In this document: piece by piece, positions 54,207 to 61,239 of the stretch
How the letters are laid out: every line of letters begins with the position of its first letter
Position numbering within the stretch: position 1 is the first letter of the stretch
Position numbers and translations under genes: made by a program
Notes under the pieces: generated by a model
The model's database searches: none
What the model saw: the letters and a program-made list of their open reading frames with translations, nothing else
What the model was told of the DNA's origin: nothing
Origin: Vicinamibacterales bacterium
GTDB lineage: Bacteria; Acidobacteriota; Vicinamibacteria; Vicinamibacterales; UBA2999
Assembly (NCBI GenBank): GCA_035512515.1
Contig: DATKDY010000261.1
Location: 33,575 to 97,574, forward strand
Direction: 5' to 3'
DNA length: 64,000 nucleotides

Positions 54207-55046
54207 ATGCCCATTCACGATCAGGGCTACCGCCGCTATCTCGGATCGAAGGCAGCCGTTGGCAAGTCGTGGCAAGTGATTGCGCGCGCCGGCATCAGGA
54301 CCGTCCTGTCGAAGCGCAGCTTCATCGCGCTGATGCTGCTGGCCTGGGCGCCGTTCCTCGTCCGGGCAGTGCAGGTCTATATCGCCGCCAACTTCCAGCA
54401 GGCCTCGTTTCTCGCGCCGCGTGCCGAGACGTTCCGGGAATTCCTCGAACAACAGGGCGTCTTCGTCTTCTTCGTGACGATCTACGTTGGCGCCGGGCTC
54501 ATCGCCAACGACCGTCGCGCCAACGCGTTGCAGGTGTACCTCTCGAAGCCGCTCACGCGCGCCGAGTATGTCGCCGGCAAGTTCGCGATCCTGTTTCTGT
54601 TCCTCGCGAGCGTCACCTGGCTCCCCGCGATTCTGCTGCTGCTCGTCCAGACCATGTTTGCCGGCAACTTCGCGTTCGTCCAGGAGAATGTTTTCCTGCT
54701 TCCGGCCATCACGTTGTTTTCGCTGCTGCAGGTCCTGGTCTCGGCGATGACCATGCTGGCGCTGTCTTCGATGTCGAAGAGCAGCCGGTTCGTGGGCATC
54801 ATGTATGCCGGTCTCATTTTCTTCACGGCGGCGTTCTTTCAGGCATTGCGCGGCATCACCGGGCGCAGTTCCTGGGCGTGGCTGTCGCCGACCGACACCC
54901 TCGAGCAGATTGGCGCCTATATTTTCCGGATCGATCCCCCGTACCAGCTGTCGCCGCTCGTGGCGATTGCGACCATCGTCGTCCTCATTGCCGGATCGGC
55001 GTGGATCCTCGAGCGCAACGTACGTGGCGTCGAGGTGGTGAAATGA
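54207..55046 (+). CDS. ABC-2 family transporter permease
   Basis: It has six predicted hydrophobic segments and sits directly after the ATPase. Confidence 0.8.
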   Translation: MPIHDQGYRRYLGSKAAVGKSWQVIARAGIRTVLSKRSFIALMLLAWAPFLVRAVQVYIAANFQQASFLAPRAETFREFLEQQGVFVFFVTIYVGAGLIANDRRANALQVYLSKPLTRAEYVAGKFAILFLFLASVTWLPAILLLLVQTMFAGNFAFVQENVFLLPAITLFSLLQVLVSAMTMLALSSMSKSSRFVGIMYAGLIFFTAAFFQALRGITGRSSWAWLSPTDTLEQIGAYIFRIDPPYQLSPLVAIATIVVLIAGSAWILERNVRGVEVVK

Positions 55047-55981
55047 GCGGGGGGCCGGGTGGGGCCATCGTGCACGCGACGCAATTGTCGAAGTGGTACG
55101 GTCAGGTGAGCGGCCTCAACGACGTCACCGTGGCGATTCCGCCGGGCATCACCGGCCTGCTCGGCCCGAACGGCGCCGGCAAGTCCACGTTCATGAAGCT
55201 CATCACGGGCCAGATCAAGCCGAGCAAGGGTTCCGTCACCGTGTTCGGCGAGCCGATGTGGGGCAATCCCACCATCTACCGCCGCATCGGGTTCTGCCCC
55301 GAGCAGGATGCCTTCTACGACCGGATGACCGGTCTCGAGTGGGTCACGGCGCTGGTTCGGCTCAACGGGCTCACGGAGCCGGAGGCCGCGGCCGCCGCCA
55401 CGAGCGCCCTCGAGCGAGTCGAGTTGATGGATGCCGCCAACAAGAAGATCGGTGCTTACAGCAAGGGCATGCGCCAGCGCGTGAAGCTGGCGCAGGCGCT
55501 CGTCCACGATCCGGAGCTGCTGATTCTCGACGAGCCGCTGAGCGGCATGGATCCGCTGATGCGGCGCAAGACCGTGCGGCTCATCAAGGACTGGGCCCGG
55601 GCCGGCAAGCACATCGTCGTGTCGAGCCATATCCTGCACGAGATCGAGGCGATGACGTCGAACATCCTGTTGATCAACAACGGGCGTATTCTCGCCGAAG
55701 GCAACGTGCATTCGATTCGCGAGCTGATCGATACGCATCCCCACACCGTGTATGTGCGCGGCGCCGACCCGCGCGCGCTGGCGCGCAAGTTCCTCGCGGA
55801 AGACGACGTGCTCAGCCTGCGGTTCGAGCCGGGCGCCGTCGTCATCGAGACGTCGAAGCCGGACTCGTTCTACGCGAGGCTGACGCACCTGGCGACGACG
55901 GGTGAGGCGGGAACGGTCGACGAGGTGACCTCGCCCGACGACAACCTGCAGGCGGTGTTCCGCTATCTGGTGAAACAATGA
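55043..55981 (+). CDS. ABC transporter ATP-binding protein (second copy)
   Basis: The ATG at 55043 overlaps the upstream stop. It has Walker A GPNGAGKST, the signature YSKGMRQR and Walker B LLILDEPLSGMD. Confidence 0.9.
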   Translation: MSGGPGGAIVHATQLSKWYGQVSGLNDVTVAIPPGITGLLGPNGAGKSTFMKLITGQIKPSKGSVTVFGEPMWGNPTIYRRIGFCPEQDAFYDRMTGLEWVTALVRLNGLTEPEAAAAATSALERVELMDAANKKIGAYSKGMRQRVKLAQALVHDPELLILDEPLSGMDPLMRRKTVRLIKDWARAGKHIVVSSHILHEIEAMTSNILLINNGRILAEGNVHSIRELIDTHPHTVYVRGADPRALARKFLAEDDVLSLRFEPGAVVIETSKPDSFYARLTHLATTGEAGTVDEVTSPDDNLQAVFRYLVKQ

Positions 55982-56859
55982 CGGACCGCTTCGACGCCGC
56001 TGGCGCGACCCCGCCGTCCACGCCTGTTTCGGCGACCGCCGGCCGCCCGCTGTCATTCTGGGCCGCGTCGCGGCGCATCTTCGACCTCTCGCTCGGGGAA
56101 ATGTTGTGGTCACGCCGCTCGATCTTCATGGTGCTGGTGGTCGGAGGGCCTGTCCTGCTGGCGCTGATTGTCCGCGTGCTCGAGTCGTTTGGCATGCCCG
56201 CGCTGCGCGTCAACGGTCAACGGATCGGCGGGATGGGCGTGTTCGGCATCATGATTTGGATGCTGTATCTGCGGTTTGCCATCCCGATCCTGGGGGTGTT
56301 TTACGGCACCGCGCTGATGGCCGATGAGGTCGAAGACAAAACGATCACTTATCTCTTCACCCGTCCGGTGCCGCGCGGTGCCGTGCTGGTTGGCAAGTAC
56401 CTGGCGTATCTCGCCTGCACCTCGCTGGTGGTGCTGCCGGCGGTGATGGTGGTGTATTTTCTGCTGGTCCGGCCCGCGGAGATTCCCGCGACCTTCCCGC
56501 AACTGGTGACCGATCTGGGACTGTTGTTTGTCGGCCTCGCCGCCTACGGCGCCCTGTTTGCCTTTGTCGGCGCGTTTTTCAAGCGGCCGCTCGTCATTGG
56601 CCTGGTGTTCGTCACCGGCTGGGAACAGACCGCCATGGCCATGCCGGGCTACATGAAGCGGTTTACCGTCGCCTACTACCTGCAGTCGCTGGTGCCGCAC
56701 AGCATGCCGTCGGATGGGGTGGTCAGCATTCTCCAGGGCATGTTCCGGGACACGCCGCCGGCCTCGGTCTCCTTGTTCTGGCTGGTCATGTATGTGGTCG
56801 TTTTCCTGTATCTGGCAGCAAAAATCGTCGACCGCAAGGAATACATTCTCGAGCAGTAG
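55978..56859 (+). CDS. ABC-2 family transporter permease (second copy)
   Basis: It is polytopic, with the ADEVEDKTITYLFTRP motif common in this permease type. Its start overlaps the upstream stop. Confidence 0.8.
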   Translation: MTDRFDAAGATPPSTPVSATAGRPLSFWAASRRIFDLSLGEMLWSRRSIFMVLVVGGPVLLALIVRVLESFGMPALRVNGQRIGGMGVFGIMIWMLYLRFAIPILGVFYGTALMADEVEDKTITYLFTRPVPRGAVLVGKYLAYLACTSLVVLPAVMVVYFLLVRPAEIPATFPQLVTDLGLLFVGLAAYGALFAFVGAFFKRPLVIGLVFVTGWEQTAMAMPGYMKRFTVAYYLQSLVPHSMPSDGVVSILQGMFRDTPPASVSLFWLVMYVVVFLYLAAKIVDRKEYILEQ

Positions 56860-57075
56860 GGCTGGCTTGACCGTTGGGCCGGCTTCGCCGGTAGGCGCGG
56901 CTTCGCCGCGAGGGGCGGGCTCGCCGGCTCGCGCGGATCACCGGTCGGGCTGAGGGCGGCCGCTTCGCGACCGCAGGCGGGCCGTTGGCCTGATCTCCCC
57001 ATCGGCACGCAGTGCGGCCCGCGCGGCGCGGCCGCGCCCACCGCGCGCAGCGCGGCCCCCCGGCCGAAGGCCGGC
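56860..57075. repeat. GC-rich REP-like element cluster (same family and orientation as 48281-48540)
   Basis: The segment gggccggcttcgccggtaggcgcggcttcgccgcgaggggcggg..gcgcggatcaccgg aligns by eye with the 48.3-kb copies. Confidence 0.85.
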
Positions 57076-57135
57076 AAATATTGGGAACATTGCCCTTAGC
57101 TGACTTCGTATAATCCATCAGGGGGGTCCGGATCG

Positions 57136-58119
57136 ATGTCGAAGAAGACGCGGTATTTCGTGATCACGGCAGCGGCAATCCTGGCAGTGGGGTTGACGAC
57201 TGGTTTGGTGGCCTCCTACATGGGCTTTCCAGTGGCGTTTTCACGAGCCGCCGGTCCCGATGAGCTTCAATACGTTCCCGCCGACGCGGCCGTGGTGGCG
57301 TATGCCAATGTCCGAGAAATCATGGACTCGCAGTTCCGCGAGAGCTTCCGACAGTTCGAGCCCGACACCAGGGAGCGCGACGAGTTCGAGGCCAAGACCG
57401 GAGTCAACATCGACCACGACATCAACTCTGTCGTGGCGGTGCTCACCACGGGTGCGACCCAGGCGACGAGCCCGCACAATGGCATGCTGATTCTCGCGCG
57501 CGGCCGCTTCGAACAGTCACGGCTCGAGGCGCTGGCCCTCGAGCACGGCGGCCACGTCGAGGACTACAACGGCAAGCGACTCCTCCTTCACCGCCACGAG
57601 GCTGGCCACTCCGAGATGGCTATCGGCTTTCTCGAGGCCGACCTGATCGCCCTTGGCGGCTACGAGGCCATCAAGCAGTCGATTGACGCCAATGGCGGTC
57701 GCAACATCGTCTCGACCAACGCGGACCTGATGCGCCAGATCGGCGAGCTCGACGCAAGCAACGCCTGGGCGGTCGGCCGGTTCGACGCCATCGCTGACAG
57801 CGCCCACGTCCCCTCCGAAATTCAGGCCCATCTGCCCGCGATTCAGTGGTTCTCTGCGGCGACTCACATCAACGGAGGTGTGAGCGGCGTCTTCAAGGCC
57901 GAAGCGCGCGACGAAGAGTCCGCCAAGAACATGCGTGACGTACTCAACGGCTTCCTGGCGCTGGCCAGGATGCAGTCCTCAGCGCAACCCGAACTGAAGA
58001 CCATGGTCGATTCGCTGCAGTTGTCGGGTGACGGCAAGAACGTCGCGGTGTCCTTCACGCTGCCGTCGGAGCTGTTCGACGCCCTCGCGCAGCTGAAGAA
58101 GCTCGAACAGCCGCGATAG
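57136..58119 (+). CDS. hypothetical membrane-anchored periplasmic protein (last gene of the ABC cluster)
   Basis: It has an N-terminal anchor MSKKTRYFVITAAAILAVGLTTGLVASYM. I recognise no catalytic motif. Confidence 0.6.
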   Translation: MSKKTRYFVITAAAILAVGLTTGLVASYMGFPVAFSRAAGPDELQYVPADAAVVAYANVREIMDSQFRESFRQFEPDTRERDEFEAKTGVNIDHDINSVVAVLTTGATQATSPHNGMLILARGRFEQSRLEALALEHGGHVEDYNGKRLLLHRHEAGHSEMAIGFLEADLIALGGYEAIKQSIDANGGRNIVSTNADLMRQIGELDASNAWAVGRFDAIADSAHVPSEIQAHLPAIQWFSAATHINGGVSGVFKAEARDEESAKNMRDVLNGFLALARMQSSAQPELKTMVDSLQLSGDGKNVAVSFTLPSELFDALAQLKKLEQPR

Positions 58120-58203
58120 CACGAAGGGCACGAAGGGCACGAAGGAGACGAACGATCAATAGATTGGTTCTTCTTCGTGTCCATTGTGTCCATCGTGTCC
58201 ATC
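58120..58203. repeat. 9-mer tandem-repeat palindrome of the CACGAAGGN family: 4 units, 12-nt loop, 4 reverse-complement units
   Basis: A direct read gives cacgaaggg cacgaaggg cacgaagga gacgaacga | tcaatagattgg | ttcttcgtg tccattgtg tccatcgtg tccatcgtg. It starts immediately after the TAG at 58117-19. Confidence 0.92.
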
Positions 58204-58240
58204 GTGAGGCCGGATGTATAATCCGCCCAGGTCATAACCT

Positions 58241-58648
58241 GTGGCGGATTTCGTCTTTTTTTACGGCACGCTGATGACGCCCTTCAATCGTCCCGGGCGC
58301 TTGCGCGTCGATCCGCAGATGTCCTTTGCCGGGCGCGGCACGATCCGCGCGGCCCTGTTCGACCTGGGCATCTATCCGGCGGCCGTTCCGACACATGATC
58401 GCAGCACGGTCTGGGGCGAGGTCTACGAGATGCTCGACCCGACGACGGTGCTCGCGACGCTCGACGAGATTGAAGGGTATCGAGCGGCAGAACCCGAGCG
58501 CAGTCTGTACACGCGCGTCCTCACAGAGGTGACGCTCGATGAGGGCGGCAACGTACAGGCGTGGGCGTACTTCTACAACGCCCCGTTGGGCCGGGCACAG
58601 CGGATCGAGTCTGGCGATTATCTCGAACACCTGAACGTCAAGGGGTAG
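58241..58648 (+). CDS. gamma-glutamylcyclotransferase (GGACT/AIG2-like) family protein
   Basis: The product contains FVFFYGTLM..AALFDLGIYPAAV..VWGEVY..LDEIEGY. The start is GTG, and a TATAAT lies at 58217-58222. Confidence 0.85.
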   Translation: MADFVFFYGTLMTPFNRPGRLRVDPQMSFAGRGTIRAALFDLGIYPAAVPTHDRSTVWGEVYEMLDPTTVLATLDEIEGYRAAEPERSLYTRVLTEVTLDEGGNVQAWAYFYNAPLGRAQRIESGDYLEHLNVKG

Positions 58649-58662
58649 GCGCTACGCCGCCG

Positions 58663-59010
58663 ATGTCTAAATCCAACAAGCGTGGTTCGGAACGGCTCGA
58701 CCTGCTGGGTTCCCTCGGCGGCGAAGTGATGGTGTATCAGCCCACCGCCATCCGGCAGATCAGCACAGGCGGCATGCAGATCGAGACCGGGTTCCCACTG
58801 CAATTGGATTCACTGCACGATTTTCGATTGACCCTGGGGGAGCGGTCGATTGTGGTGAAGGGCCGCGTCGCGCATTCCCGCATCAGCGACGTGGATCAGG
58901 ATATCGTGACCTACCGCTCGGGTATCGAGTTCATCGAGCCTTCTGAAGGCGTCGCGTCGGTCATTGCCGAATTCATTGAACTGCTCCGACAAGAACGCCA
59001 GAACGCTTAG
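58663..59010 (+). CDS. PilZ-domain protein (c-di-GMP receptor candidate)
   Basis: It has RxxxR (RGSER) near the N-terminus and an xxSxxG element (QISTGGM), in a ~115-aa beta-barrel-sized protein. Confidence 0.7.
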   Translation: MSKSNKRGSERLDLLGSLGGEVMVYQPTAIRQISTGGMQIETGFPLQLDSLHDFRLTLGERSIVVKGRVAHSRISDVDQDIVTYRSGIEFIEPSEGVASVIAEFIELLRQERQNA

Positions 59011-59138
59011 TCCGCCAGAGCGCATTGTCCACAGGGTTCCACGCCCCCCGTCGCTTCAGAACTTCGTCCCTCAGAATTCCACACCGGGTCACCACGTTCT
59101 CCTGCTGCCCGCGGCCCCGGCTTGCAACCAGTCAGCGA

Positions 59139-59513
59139 TCAGTGCCGCTGCGCGCGTGTTATATGCGTGGCTGGCAGGCGCATTGGACTGTGCTCCACGC
59201 TGGCGTCTCCACTGCCTGACATGTCGTCCTGGTGGACGTAAGACAGCACAGGGATTTGTGCGGTCTCGGGATCGAGTCGAAGCATCGTCAGCAACTGGAA
59301 CCCGGCGTCGTTTTCGAGATCGAGATTGACCACGATCATGTCCGGCTTGAGCGCGGCGACCGTCGCGTAGGGCTCGTCGTCCATGGCGACGAATTCAACG
59401 TCGTAGGCTCGCCCGATCAGGATCGGTTCGACGTGGGTGAGTGCTTCGATCCCGCCCCCGATGAAGACGGCGAGCTGCCTGTTGGCGTCACGGAGCAGTA
59501 GGTTCGGCGTCAT
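59139..59513 (-). CDS. receiver-like (pseudo-receiver) domain protein
   Basis: The ATG at 59513 gives LAVFIGGG in place of the acidic DD pair. The PDMIVVNLDL..GFQLL..IPVL pattern is retained. Confidence 0.5.
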   Translation of the reverse strand: MTPNLLLRDANRQLAVFIGGGIEALTHVEPILIGRAYDVEFVAMDDEPYATVAALKPDMIVVNLDLENDAGFQLLTMLRLDPETAQIPVLSYVHQDDMSGSGDASVEHSPMRLPATHITRAQRH

Positions 59514-59644
59514 GTCGGCCTCGGCCTTTTGGGATTCAAGAACCGCGCCACTCTTACGCACGAGGTCACGGTAGCGAATCTGGAACAAAATGGCGCAAAG
59601 CGAAGATTTGGCGTCAGGCAGGGGGGACACGCCGGCCGGGGCAA

Positions 59645-59672
59645 TTGTGGGTGCGCGGCGGGCAGGTAAGAT
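59645..59672 (+). promoter_or_regulatory. putative promoter (TTGTGG, 16 nt, TAAGAT) placed for a leaderless aldehyde dehydrogenase mRNA
   Basis: The -10 ends 7 nt before the ATG at 59680, and there is no SD sequence. Confidence 0.3.
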
Positions 59673-59679
59673 CGTGCGC

Positions 59680-61176
59680 ATGTCCAAACCTACTGTGCCG
59701 ATGTTCGACAATTACATCGGCGGCCGTTGGACGCGCTCGGCGTCTGGCGCCACGTTCGAGAATCGAAACCCCGCGAACACCGAGGATTTCATCGGGAATT
59801 TCCCCGAATCCTCCGCGGAGGATGGATTGGCGGCCATCGCGGCGGCGAAGGCCGCGTATCAATCCTGGCGCCTGGTGCCGGCGCCGAAACGGGCCGAGAC
59901 GCTGTTCCGGGCCGCGCAATTGCTCGTGGAGCGGAAGGAGCAGTGTGCCCGCGACATGACCCGCGAAATGGGCAAGGTCCTCGACGAGACCCGCGGGGAT
60001 GTCCAGGAAGCCATCGATATGACGTACTTTCTGGCCGCCGAAGGCCGACGAATGTACGGCCAGACCGTTCCGTCGGAACTGCCGGACAAGTGGGCGATGT
60101 CCATGCGCCAGTCGATGGGCGTCTGCTCCATCATCACTCCCTGGAACTTCCCGATGGCGATCCCCTCATGGAAGATCATTCCGGCGCTGGTGTGCGGTAA
60201 CACGGTTGTCTTCAAGCCCTCAGAACTGACGCCGCTGTCGGCGCTCAACTTCGTGCGGATTCTGGACGATGCGGGGGTGCCGCCCGGCGTCGTCAATCTG
60301 GTGACTGGAGGACCCATCATTGGGGAGCTGTTTAGCACCCATCAGGACGTCTCCGTGGTGTCGTTCACGGGATCAACCGCCGTCGGCCGGATCGTCAATC
60401 AGAACGCCGCGCCCTACTTCAAGAAGGTCCACCTCGAGATGGGCGGCAAGAACTGCATCATGATCATGGACGACGCCAATCTGGAGCTGGCGCTCGAAGG
60501 GTGTCTATGGGGTGGGTTCGGAACGACAGGGCAGCGCTGCACGGCGGCCAGCCGCGTCATCGTGCACGAGCGCGTGCACGATCGCTTCGTGGAACAGTTC
60601 GTGGCGCGCGCAGGAGCGTTACGCGTGGGCGACGGATTGGATCCGACGACCCAAATGGGCCCGTCCGTGAGTGAGAAGCAGCTGTCCAAAGTCATGAGCT
60701 ACGTTGACATTGGGCAACAGGAAGGTGCGCGGATCGCGTGCGGTGGGAAGCGCTTGACCGACGGGACGAGATCGAAGGGTTGTTTTCACGAACCGACGGT
60801 ATTCGTCGACGTGACGCCACACATGCGCATTGCGAGGGAAGAGATCTTCGGGCCGGTGGTGTCGGTCCTCAAATGCCGGTCGCTGGATGAAGCGATTGCG
60901 ATCGGCAATGACGTCGACTATGGTCTGTCCGCGTCGCTGTACACGCAGGACATCAATCGGGCGTTCCGGGCGATGCGGGAAATGTATACCGGAATTTTTT
61001 ACGTCAACGCCCCGACGATTGGGGCCGAGGTGCACTTGCCATTTGGCGGGACGAAAGCCACGGGCAACGGCCACCGTGAGGCGGGGACCGCTGCCCTGGA
61101 TGTGTTTTCGGAGTGGAAGTCGATCTATGTGGACTTCAGCGGCAAGCTGCAGCGCGCGCAGATCGACAACAACTGA
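59680..61176 (+). CDS. NAD(P)-dependent aldehyde dehydrogenase
   Basis: The product contains [52 protein letters not shown]. Confidence 0.9.
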   Translation: MSKPTVPMFDNYIGGRWTRSASGATFENRNPANTEDFIGNFPESSAEDGLAAIAAAKAAYQSWRLVPAPKRAETLFRAAQLLVERKEQCARDMTREMGKVLDETRGDVQEAIDMTYFLAAEGRRMYGQTVPSELPDKWAMSMRQSMGVCSIITPWNFPMAIPSWKIIPALVCGNTVVFKPSELTPLSALNFVRILDDAGVPPGVVNLVTGGPIIGELFSTHQDVSVVSFTGSTAVGRIVNQNAAPYFKKVHLEMGGKNCIMIMDDANLELALEGCLWGGFGTTGQRCTAASRVIVHERVHDRFVEQFVARAGALRVGDGLDPTTQMGPSVSEKQLSKVMSYVDIGQQEGARIACGGKRLTDGTRSKGCFHEPTVFVDVTPHMRIAREEIFGPVVSVLKCRSLDEAIAIGNDVDYGLSASLYTQDINRAFRAMREMYTGIFYVNAPTIGAEVHLPFGGTKATGNGHREAGTAALDVFSEWKSIYVDFSGKLQRAQIDNN

Positions 61177-61180
61177 CGTC

Positions 61181-61233
61181 GCGGCTTCGCCTTCGGCGAA
61201 GCGGCCCTCCATGGGCCCTCCGCCGAAGGCGGC
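61181..61233. terminator. GC-rich bidirectional hairpin region between convergent genes
   Basis: One stem is GCTTCGCC-ttc-GGCGAAGC (8 bp). The alternative is CGCCTTCGGCG...CGCCGAAGGCG (11 bp). There is no U-tract. Confidence 0.45.
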
Positions 61234-61239
61234 CGTTGT

